DNA from: a bacterium
GTDB taxonomy: Bacteria > UBP7 > UBA6624 > JBBIMK01
DNA: 32,000 nucleotides
Assembly (NCBI GenBank): GCA_037444445.1
Contig: JBBIMK010000003.1
Span: 60,572-92,571, forward strand
Direction: 5' to 3'
Shown here: one piece after another, positions 24,557-32,000 of the stretch
Layout of the letters: the number at the start of each line of letters is the position of its first letter
Position numbering within the stretch: position 1 is the stretch's first letter
The notes under the pieces: model-generated
Seen by the model: the letters and a program-made list of their open reading frames with translations, nothing else
Told to the model about the DNA's origin: nothing
Databases searched by the model: none
Position numbers and translations under genes: made by a program

Positions 24557-25530
24557 CGAAGTGTAATCATTGGCTCTTACTATGGTCATTTTTCATTCTT
24601 TTTAGAACTCCTCCAGCCCTTGCCCAGGTGACAACGGGTGAGCTGGAGGAACTCTTCCAAACGGCTTCTTTGTGGCAGGTGGGTGAAGAAGCCCACAGGA
24701 AGAAAATTGACGAGGCGAGAAAACGATTAGTTGAACTGGGCGAGCCGGCACTCCGATTCATCCTGAATGAAAAACTGGATACCATCAATTCTCTTGAAAT
24801 AAGGGCGATTGAAGTGGTCGTCCTGGGAAACGGTGAGAAAGCCATTCCCCTTCTTGTGGAAAAACTGCAAAGTGAAAAACCCAGAGTTTTGAGGAATGCT
24901 GTCCTGCTCCTGGGTTCATTAAAAGCGAAGCAGGCAGGCCCACAGATTGCCCATTTACTACAACGCAAACCCCTTCCCCCAAAGTGGGTGCTGCGGATAA
25001 TCCTCAGAGTTCTTGCTCAATTAGAGTATCGGGAAGGTGTCCCTGAAATCTTAAGTTTTCTAAATGACCCCGACGAGTTGGTGGTCATTTCAGCGACCTG
25101 GGCGCTGGGAGTTCTGAAGGATCCCACCACCATCCCACCTTTGATGGATATGTTGGATTCGGAGCAGTATATCCGCCGGGATGCGGCTGAAAATGCCCTG
25201 TCCGCCCTTGCCAATGTTGGGATGTCCTACTACTTGAGGAAGGCATTGACAGAAACGGAGGAATCAACGCCTTTGAAGCACTTCATTCGCCTCGCCGGGC
25301 GATTGAAATGCCAGGAATGCGTTCCCGTCCTTATTCCGTTCTTGAAGCATTCCGATTGGAGTGTCCGGGGTTACGCGGTAGAAGCCCTCGGCAGGATTGG
25401 TACCCGAAGAGGGCTCTCTGCCATCGCTTATCTCCAGCACCGGGAATCCCATCCCTTCGTCCTCTTCCACATTCAAAAAGCGATGTCGCAATCTCCTCAA
25501 AAACAGAAAGCACCAGCAGGACTACCATAG
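24553..25530 (+). CDS. secreted HEAT/armadillo-like repeat protein
   Basis: 325-aa ORF. Signal peptide (WLLLWSFFILFRTPPALA). Repeated HEAT-like units: VLRNAVLLLGSLK, VISATWALGVLKDPTTIPPLMDML, IRRDAAENALSAL, VRGYAVEALGRIG. Its GTG overlaps the upstream stop (GTGA). Confidence 0.7.
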   Translation: MTKCNHWLLLWSFFILFRTPPALAQVTTGELEELFQTASLWQVGEEAHRKKIDEARKRLVELGEPALRFILNEKLDTINSLEIRAIEVVVLGNGEKAIPLLVEKLQSEKPRVLRNAVLLLGSLKAKQAGPQIAHLLQRKPLPPKWVLRIILRVLAQLEYREGVPEILSFLNDPDELVVISATWALGVLKDPTTIPPLMDMLDSEQYIRRDAAENALSALANVGMSYYLRKALTETEESTPLKHFIRLAGRLKCQECVPVLIPFLKHSDWSVRGYAVEALGRIGTRRGLSAIAYLQHRESHPFVLFHIQKAMSQSPQKQKAPAGLP

Positions 25531-25705
25531 CGGCATTGCATTGCTGGGTGCGACACGGGTTCCTTCGCCCCGGGTCTTCACCCCGTCCACAAACTCAACA
25601 AATTCACTTCTGAAACACCAGGGGCATTCCGGAGGGTGTCAAAACCCTTTACTGCCTTCGCCATCCCCACATATTTCAGGTGAATCTATCATCCATAGCA
25701 CCGGG

Positions 25706-28186
25706 TTAAAAGAGGCGCTGGGGGCGGATTTCTCTCGCTTTCTCCTCTTCTTTCATTTCTTCGGGTGCGGGTGGGGAAGGCTCCGGGATGGTTTGTTCCC
25801 GACTTTCCATCTGTGAAAGAATTTCACGGGCTCTGCGAACGACCAGCGGGGGTAATCCTGCCAATCGTGCCACTTCAATTCCATAACTCCGAGTGGCTCG
25901 CCCGGGAACCACTTTATGTAATAGCACCACCTCACTGCCCCTTTCTTCCACTGCTACCTGAAGGTTGAAAGCCCCTTCTATATGATTATCCAGGGCCGTA
26001 AGTTCATGATAATGGGTGGCGAAGATGGTCCGACATTTTAAGTGAGAAGCCACATATTCACCCACCGCCCAGGCGATGGAGATGCCGTCGTAGGTGCTGG
26101 TTCCACGACCGATTTCATCCAGAACCACCAGGCTTCTCCGGGTAGCATTCCGGAGGATTTTTGCTGTTTCTGTCATTTCCATCATGAAAGTGGATTGCCC
26201 TCGGGCGATGTCATCAGAGGCGCCCACACGGGTGTAAATCCCGTCCACCACACCGATTTCTGCTTTCTCTGCCGGCACGAAACTCCCCATTTGTGCCATG
26301 AGTGTGATGAGTGCAATCTGGCGAATGTAGGTGGATTTGCCGGACATATTAGGACCGGTGATGATGCCGAGGCGCTTGTTTGCTGTATCCAGATAGGCAT
26401 CGTTGGGAACGAATTCGCCGGGCGGGAGCAGGGCTTCTACCACCGGGTGACGCCCCCGATGAATGGAAATCCTCGCCTTCTCGTCTATCAAGGGCTTGCA
26501 GTAATCCCGTTCCTCTGCCACCTCGGCGAGGGAAAGGAGAAAATCCAGTAAGGCAAGCGCGGATGCCATTCTTACCAGGTTTCGGGCTGATTGCTGTGCC
26601 TGTTCGGATAAAATCTCTATGAGTTCCTCCTCTCTTGCCTGCAATTCTTCCTGTGCGGTCAGGACCTTTTCCTCCATTCGTTTTAACTCGGGCGTGGTGA
26701 AGCGCTCTGCGTTCACCATGGTTTGTTTACGCTCATACTCTGCTGGCACGAGGGATAGATTGGGCTTCGTCACCTCAATAAAATACCCGAATATTTTGTT
26801 ATAGCGAACTTTCAAAGATTTGATGCCCGTTCTCTGGCGTTCCTTCTCCTCCAGTTGTTGAAACCACCTTTCCCCGTAGGTGGCCAGGGAGCGGAGTTCA
26901 TCCAGACGATCATCAAAACTGTTGCGAAAGATTTTTTCCGGGGAATATTCTTCCTCTAAGGCTTGCTCTAAAAGCGATAACATTTGTTGGAATGAGGCGA
27001 TTGCCGTTTGAATTTCCTTCAACAGAAGGCTCTGAGTGTCCTGGAGGAGGGGATGAATTAGAGCCACTTTGCGGAGAGAATTTCGGAGGCGGAACAGGTC
27101 GTAGGGGCGAATTTTTCGCGCCCCGCATTTCCCCGCCAGCCGTTCCAGGTCGCCCATCCCTTTGAAAGCCTCCGAAAGGTCATCCCGAAGATATCCGTTG
27201 TTGAGCAGTTCTTCTATCGCTGTCTGTCGCTGGAGAATCTCCGGGATTCGGCAAAGGGGTGCCAGGATTTCGCTCTTCAGAAATCGCTTGCCCATAGGAG
27301 TTTTCACCCTGTCCAGACACCACAGCAGACTCCCTTCTTCTCCCTTCCAGGTTTCCACTAATTCCAGATTCTTTGCGGTGCTGGAATCTAAAACAACCCT
27401 CTGCTCCGGATGGTAAAAGCGAATGGTGTGGAAATGGTGCAATTGAACCAGTTTGAGTGAGGATAGATAGGAGAGGGCGATGACAGAAGCACGAGTGGCA
27501 AGAGGATGAGCATCCAGGTCAAAAACTTTTAGAGAGTGGACCCCGAAAAAGCGTTTGAGGGTTTCTTCATCGGATGAATACTGGGAATCATCTATGGGGT
27601 GAAGGTGAATTCCCGCGGATTGCAGGGTAGTCAGAGTTTCCTGCCTGCCGAGAAACAAGATTTCTTTCGGACCGCGAAGGAAAATTTCTTCCCGTAGGCG
27701 GTCTATCGTGCTACCGGTATGAATTTCTGTGGCGATGAACTCGCCGATGGAAGTTTCTACAAAGGCTAAGCCGAATTTCCCGTTCTCTTCCACAATGACG
27801 CAGAGATAATTTTTCTTCCCTTCGTCCAGGAACTCTTCCCGGATAATGGCGCCCGGGGTGAGAACTTCCACCACTTCTCGTTTCACCAGCCCTTTGGCTT
27901 TTTTCGGATCTTCCACCTGCTCACAAATGGCTACTTTACAGCCCGCTTTTAGCAGGCGCAGGATGTATCGTGAGGCCGAATGATACGGAACACCACACAT
28001 GGGAACGGATTGGTCTTTTTTCACTCCTCTTCTTGTCAGAGTGATACCGAGAATTTCCGATGCTTTGCGAGCGTCCTCACCGAACATTTCATAAAAGTCC
28101 CCCAGGCGAAAAAGCAGAATAAAATCGGCATAGGTTCGCTTGAACCGCCGATACTGCATCATCATAGGTGTGAATTTCTCTTCCAC
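25706..28186 (-). CDS. mutS: DNA mismatch repair protein MutS
   Basis: 826-aa ORF. N-terminal TPMMMQYRRFKRTYADFILLFRLGDFYEMF, Walker A GPNMSGKSTYIRQ, DEIGRGTSTYDG, and a typical domain order. Confidence 0.95.
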   Translation of the reverse strand: MEEKFTPMMMQYRRFKRTYADFILLFRLGDFYEMFGEDARKASEILGITLTRRGVKKDQSVPMCGVPYHSASRYILRLLKAGCKVAICEQVEDPKKAKGLVKREVVEVLTPGAIIREEFLDEGKKNYLCVIVEENGKFGLAFVETSIGEFIATEIHTGSTIDRLREEIFLRGPKEILFLGRQETLTTLQSAGIHLHPIDDSQYSSDEETLKRFFGVHSLKVFDLDAHPLATRASVIALSYLSSLKLVQLHHFHTIRFYHPEQRVVLDSSTAKNLELVETWKGEEGSLLWCLDRVKTPMGKRFLKSEILAPLCRIPEILQRQTAIEELLNNGYLRDDLSEAFKGMGDLERLAGKCGARKIRPYDLFRLRNSLRKVALIHPLLQDTQSLLLKEIQTAIASFQQMLSLLEQALEEEYSPEKIFRNSFDDRLDELRSLATYGERWFQQLEEKERQRTGIKSLKVRYNKIFGYFIEVTKPNLSLVPAEYERKQTMVNAERFTTPELKRMEEKVLTAQEELQAREEELIEILSEQAQQSARNLVRMASALALLDFLLSLAEVAEERDYCKPLIDEKARISIHRGRHPVVEALLPPGEFVPNDAYLDTANKRLGIITGPNMSGKSTYIRQIALITLMAQMGSFVPAEKAEIGVVDGIYTRVGASDDIARGQSTFMMEMTETAKILRNATRRSLVVLDEIGRGTSTYDGISIAWAVGEYVASHLKCRTIFATHYHELTALDNHIEGAFNLQVAVEERGSEVVLLHKVVPGRATRSYGIEVARLAGLPPLVVRRAREILSQMESREQTIPEPSPPAPEEMKEEEKAREIRPQRLF

Positions 28187-28350
28187 TTCTTTGCCCTTCT
28201 CCCATCCACAATCTTATACCAGGTTTGCGTTCAGAATCAGGCGATGATTCACAGCGCAGTATCTACCAAACTTTTGGGTTCAGGCACCAAAAGTGCTGGT
28301 GAAATGGTTCTATCTCTTGCATTTTCTAAGGGTCTATAATCTGAATAATT

Positions 28351-28479
28351 TTAAATGACTATCATTTTATGATAGAGATTACCTCGCTCATTGAATCGTA
28401 ATTCACATTTTTTGAGATGGAAGTAAAGGTTTTGAACTCTGACCCCATTGAACCTCAATAGCCTGCGTTTGGCAAAGGC
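28351..28479 (-). mobile_element. C-terminal remnant of an IS1595-family (ISXO2-like) transposase gene
   Basis: The minus-strand frame reads AFAKRRLLRFNGVRVQNLYFHLKKCELRFNERGNLYHKMIVI*. From memory this matches the family C-terminus (FWs.aKrrL...G......l.LkE.EfRfN.R). Upstream to about 28560 the frame is broken by TGA codons, and no N-terminal or DDE core is present. Confidence 0.5.
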
Positions 28480-28650
28480 TCAGAAAGCGCTGTTATTGCC
28501 GATTCACTGTGTTGCGATTTATCCCGTAAGACAAGCAGTTTGGGTGGCGGTTAGGTCTTCACAGAAATACCGGAAAATTTTTTTAATTTGTCATCAGTTA
28601 ATTTTGCCGTATTTTGATAAGCATCTAAACGATTTTACCACAAAAATTTC

Positions 28651-30202
28651 CTATTCTATACCTCTTTCAGCAAGAGTATCACAGAGGGATTGCGGATTAA
28701 ATAATTCCTGCAAGAAGACAATATCGGGGTCCAAATCATTTTGGACACGCTCTCTAACCTCTTCTTCGTCTGTCTTCCAGCAAAGTTTGTTTTTGTAGCC
28801 GTGTTTCAAGCACTTAACCGCCGCATTTCCTACATTGGCGGTGAGAGTGGTATAAATGGAATCACCACCTCCTACTCCGCCGGTCGCCTCCAGCCCGCTC
28901 CGCAGACCTGAAAAACCTGAACTACCAGTTCCCTGTGTATTTTGGATGCAGAGACCTTGAGAATAGGACCAGCGCCTACCCTCTCCGCCTATGCAGCTGT
29001 AGCCATCCCAGATTCCGCCGGAGGATATGCAAGCGCTCATTGCTTCATTCATCTTCACAGCCCCGAACTGAAAGCCTTCTTTCACTGCTAATCCTTGACT
29101 CGGGATTGCAGGGTCGTCTATCAGGTCATAGATGAACCCCTGGGCCAGTCCATCAACTGGAAAATCCCAGAAAATTGGCTCTCTGTGAAAATCCTCCTGC
29201 ACTACTTTGTACCAGGTAAATAGGTCCGGTTCAGGAGCAGATTGACTTATTTTCACTCTGTCGTAGGGTGAAATCAGCCCTATACTTGCAGATTCCCTAT
29301 TGAACTCCTCTGCATCTGAAGAAATGATAATGTAATCACTCAGAGGGATGATGTAGGACGGCAGGGGATGAGGGGATTGATTGGCTGGCAGAATAGTGAG
29401 TTTGAAGTTTGTGGGATTCTCAACCAAATGAGTGGAGATTGCGAGAGTGTGCTGCCCCAGCATAATCTTTCCACCGGAGGAATCCACCACCGCGTAGCCG
29501 GTGAGGCTAAGAATGGGCAAGTGGCAGTAGTCATCATCCGTTTCTTCAGGCGGAGGGCAATTGGTAAAAGGTAGCGATGACGGATTTATCCGCATCCATC
29601 GTTAGATTGCAGGTGCTGGTGCCTCTGCATTCTCCACCCCGGCCCGCAAAACTCCAGCCGGAATCCGGGGTCGCTGTAAGAGCCACAGATGTGTTAGAGG
29701 GGAAAGAGGCGGTGCAGGTGTCCCCACAGTGAATCCCTGCCGGGATGCTGATGACGGTGCCGTTTCCGAATCGGCTCACCGTCAGAGTGGAGTCACCACT
29801 TTGAGGAGTGAACGAACCCTGGCTGATGCGCACTGGAATGGGGTCGGACCAGGAACCCAATTCTCCCTTTGCATCCATCGCCCGACATTGCACGGAATAC
29901 ATGCCCGGCGAATCAAAGGAGTGGGAAAGGGTTACGGTGGTGCCACTGGCAACCCTCTCGCCTTCTGTATCCACCGCTTCATCTCCATTCCAATCCCACT
30001 GGTAAATCACCCGCTTCCCTTCCGGGTCCGTAGCGGAGCAGGGAAAATCCAGGTTCCCGTGGATGACTCCCCTCGTGGGCCCACCCAGGGATGCCTTCGT
30101 CGGGGAGAGTTTCCGGAGAATTTCTTGCTCGCCTCCCCCGCTACCCCTCTTGCACGCAGGTTGAAGAATTAAGAAAATAGCGATAGTAAGCCCTCCCCAC
30201 TT
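28651..30202 (-). pseudogene. decayed surface lipoprotein gene (signal/lipobox, PKD domain, InlB-B-like repeat, unknown domain, truncated EEP domain)
   Basis: Two overlapping track ORFs (29546-30010 and 28651-29595) in frames offset by 1 at an A4/T4 run (29566-29569). The open frame extends upstream of 30010 through KWGGLTIAIFLILQPAC with no ATG/GTG/TTG. The 3' end stops about 55 aa into an endonuclease/exonuclease/phosphatase-like domain (LTANVGN...DPDIVFLQEL). Confidence 0.55.
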
Positions 30203-30529
30203 ACTCCACCCCTTTTACCTTCAATATTCTACATTTGTGGTGAAAGTCAGCCTCCATTTTCTACTCGCTCTTTTCACTTTCTTTTATTACTATTCATTAC
30301 CAGTTTTTTATGTGAATTCGTGCGAGTAACCAGGATAATGATTAGGGCAGGTGAGGGCTATCTGCCCTCCCGAGTTATTTACCACATATTTTCAAGCATC
30401 CCGATTTCATTGGAACTATGTAATAAACCCTTTTAGGGTCAGGCCTCAAAAGTTCACATCACCGGATCAGGCTATATTGGCGCAAAAAAGCAAGCATCTT
30501 GTATCGCAGAGGTCTATAATAGTAGGAGG

Positions 30530-31228
30530 ATGAAAACACTGGTAGTTGTTCCCACTTATAACGAGCGGGAGAATATAAAGCCCCTTGTGAAGAGGATTTT
30601 TCAAACGCTACCCGATGCGGAGGTGCTGGTGGTGGATGACCGGTCGCCGGATGAGACACCAGAACAAGTGAAAGCCTTGCAGGCAGACTTTCCTTCTCTT
30701 CATCTTCTGGTTCGTGAAGAAGAGCGAAGTTTCGCTGGCGCCTATAAAGATGGCTTTCAGTGGGCAATCCAGAACGGATTTGAAGTCATTTTCACCATGG
30801 ATGCGGATTTATCCCATAATCCAGAATACTTGAAAAATTTGAGAGAAAAGATTCAGGAATCTGATGTGGTGGTAGGGTCCCGGTATATCCCCGGAGGAGG
30901 AATTCAAAACTGGCCCCTCAGCCGGGTTCTCCTCAGTCGGTGGGCGAATGCTTTCACACGCTCTCTCACCCGTCTCCCCACCCGGGATTGCACCAGTGGA
31001 TTTCAGGCTTACCGGGTTTCCGTTCTCCTCGCCCTGGATTTTCAAAACATTCAGAGCAATGGTTATGCCTTTTTGATAGAAATGAAATACCGGGCCTGGC
31101 GAAAAGGTTACCGAATTCAAGAAGTGCCTATCGTGTTTGTGGAGCGTCGGGAGGGAGCCTCTAAACTCTCTCGCCAGCACATCGTTGAGGCGTTCTTCCT
31201 CGTCCTTCGCCTCTGGCTTCGGCGTTAA
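30530..31228 (+). CDS. polyprenol-phosphate mannosyltransferase-like family-2 glycosyltransferase
   Basis: 232-aa ORF. VVVPTYNERENI, VVDDRSPDETPE, MDADLSHNPEYL, GSRYIPGGG..NWPLSR, GYAFLIEMKY and PIVFVERREGASKLS follow the Dpm1/Ppm1-like pattern. AGGAGG lies directly upstream. Confidence 0.85.
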   Translation: MKTLVVVPTYNERENIKPLVKRIFQTLPDAEVLVVDDRSPDETPEQVKALQADFPSLHLLVREEERSFAGAYKDGFQWAIQNGFEVIFTMDADLSHNPEYLKNLREKIQESDVVVGSRYIPGGGIQNWPLSRVLLSRWANAFTRSLTRLPTRDCTSGFQAYRVSVLLALDFQNIQSNGYAFLIEMKYRAWRKGYRIQEVPIVFVERREGASKLSRQHIVEAFFLVLRLWLRR

Positions 31229-31346
31229 TCTCCGGTGAGTTCCGTAGGCAGAACTAATTCTTCCAAATCTGGAGTAAATCCTGGAAAGCCTGATTTGTCC
31301 TCTACATCGGATTCATTCTCATTTCTAAAGATTTTCGTCCCGGCTA

Positions 31347-31374
31347 TTGCAATCAAAAATAACAGGTGTATAAT
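31347..31374 (+). promoter_or_regulatory. sigma70-like promoter candidate for the cysteine synthase gene
   Basis: TTGCAA (31347-31352), 16-nt spacer, TATAAT (31369-31374), about 40 nt upstream of ATG 31416. Confidence 0.35.
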
Positions 31375-31415
31375 ATATAATTGGTAATGATTATCAATAA
31401 TGGGGTAGTTGAAGG

Positions 31416-32000
31416 ATGAACCCAAAAACCTCCTTCGCGCCTGGTTTTTCACCGGTGGAGAGAGACTTGATTTCTCTCATCGGAAATACACCCCTTCTGC
31501 CCTTTCGGGATGAGGCGCTCTTGCACAACGGGGTGAGTTTCTATTTGAAGGCGGAGTGGTATAATCCCGGCGGAAGTGTAAAGGACCGCCCCGTTCTCTT
31601 CATCCTCAGGGAGGGAGAATCTGCCGGGGAACTCAGGAAGGGGAAAACAATACTGGATGCGACCTCGGGAAATGGGGGCATCTCTTATGCGTGGATGGGG
31701 GGTCGCATGGGGTATCCGGTGAAGTTGTGCATTCCTTCCAATGCCAGCACAGAACGGATAAAACTCCTTCAGATTCTGGGTGCAGAACTGGTATTCACAG
31801 ACCCTCTGGAGGGAACGGATGGGGCGAGAAAAGTGGCGGAAAGCCTGCGTCATGAATCACCCGATGATTTCTTCTATCCCGACCAGTACGGAAATCCAGC
31901 CAATCCGCTTTCTCATTACACCACCACAGGCCCAGAAATCTGGAATCAAACGGAGAAAAACATCACCCATTTCGTTTGTGGCCTGGGCACCACAGGCACT
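31416..32000 (+). CDS. cysteine synthase (CysK/CysM family, PLP-dependent), 5' partial at window edge
   Basis: Absent from the ORF track because it runs off the window. Translation from ATG 31416: MNPKTSFAPGFSPVERDLISLIGNTPLLPF...YLKAEWYNPGGSVKDRP...ATSGNGGISYAWMG...HYTTTGPEIW...GLGTTG. It contains the PLP-lysine motif SVKDR. Confidence 0.85.
   Translation, partial: MNPKTSFAPGFSPVERDLISLIGNTPLLPFRDEALLHNGVSFYLKAEWYNPGGSVKDRPVLFILREGESAGELRKGKTILDATSGNGGISYAWMGGRMGYPVKLCIPSNASTERIKLLQILGAELVFTDPLEGTDGARKVAESLRHESPDDFFYPDQYGNPANPLSHYTTTGPEIWNQTEKNITHFVCGLGTTGT

Noticed and set aside
28270-28294. Perfect 8-bp inverted repeat ACTTTTGG-N9-CCAAAAGT between the IS remnant and the mutS start. It could be a terminator or an IS terminal structure.
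   Set aside because: It has no adequate U-tract and no matching partner repeat on the other side of the IS fragment. It cannot be distinguished from a chance palindrome in AT-rich spacer.
28331-28340. GGTCTATAAT occurs at both 28331-28340 and 30511-30520, flanking the decayed locus. It could mark direct repeats or island boundaries.
   Set aside because: A 10-mer match is expected by chance many times in 32 kb (about N^2/2 divided by 4^10, i.e. hundreds of pairs). Both copies are just -10-like AT-rich sequence, and there is no extended similarity around them.
30429-30455. Bulged 9-bp hairpin (CTTTTAGG...CCTCAAAAG) followed by a T-rich run on the minus strand, resembling an intrinsic terminator.
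   Set aside because: No minus-strand gene ends upstream of it, since the neighbouring gene at 30530 is on the plus strand. A terminator role is therefore unsupported.
31225-31452. 75-aa minus-strand ORF beginning MKNQARRRFLG, which looks like a twin-arginine signal.
   Set aside because: It overlaps the cysteine synthase start and covers that gene's promoter-like TTGCAA-16-TATAAT. It has no Shine-Dalgarno and is AT-rich spacer sequence, so it is probably not coding.
1-32000. Alternative genetic code with UGA as a sense codon. Prompted by the in-frame TGA before rpiB and the TGAs in the IS fragment.
   Set aside because: Many well-recognised genes end at TGA at family-typical C-termini: the 10169-11686 cyclase, rpiB, the J-like protein and the repeat protein. 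They also form ATGA/GTGA stop-start overlaps. UGA is therefore a normal stop here.

Overview
Bacterial chromosomal window using the standard code. TGA, TAA and TAG all end genes at family-typical C-termini, and there are several ATGA/GTGA stop-start overlaps. The organism looks diderm: signal peptides, lipobox-like sequences, and a beta-barrel protein ending in Phe. I cannot name it; many proteins resemble those of uncultivated lineages. I support about 30 protein genes, one tRNA-Gln, one gene-decay scar, and a few promoter-like sites. I saw no CRISPR array, rRNA or intact mobile element.

Layout:
- 67-6766, mostly minus strand: GGDEF cyclase, folB, a TPR+NHL propeller protein, a divergent pentaheme cytochrome c, and an NDP-sugar pair (SDR epimerase/dehydratase plus long-form sugar-1-P nucleotidyltransferase).
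- 7081-9883: a J-like/zinc-ribbon protein tightly coupled to a BepA-like M48 protease.
- 10034-10104: tRNA-Gln(CUG).
- 10169-20857: a tightly packed plus-strand array. It runs GAF-like GGDEF cyclase, tandem HD-GYP, unknown 304-aa protein, rpiB, double OST-HTH/LOTUS-like protein, a 45-aa membrane micro-ORF, selD, TlpA-like redoxin, beta-barrel OMP, exported Bcp-type peroxiredoxin, murQ, anmK.
- 20862-22501, minus strand: polysaccharide deacetylase and a Crp/Fnr regulator.
- 22649-25530: a secreted protein with 12 tandem ~26-28-aa Gly/Asp repeats that I cannot assign to a named family, translationally coupled to a secreted HEAT-repeat protein.
- 25706-28186: mutS.
- 28187-30202: an AT-rich scar holding an IS1595-like transposase C-terminal remnant and a decayed PKD/B-repeat/EEP lipoprotein gene.
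- 30530-32000: a Dpm1-like GT2 and the 5' part of a cysteine synthase.

Best candidates for something new: the repeat-protein/HEAT pair; the selD-linked envelope thiol-redox/porin cluster; and the in-frame TGA junction in front of an rpiB that has no canonical start codon. All functional calls come from motif recognition by eye. No database search was run.
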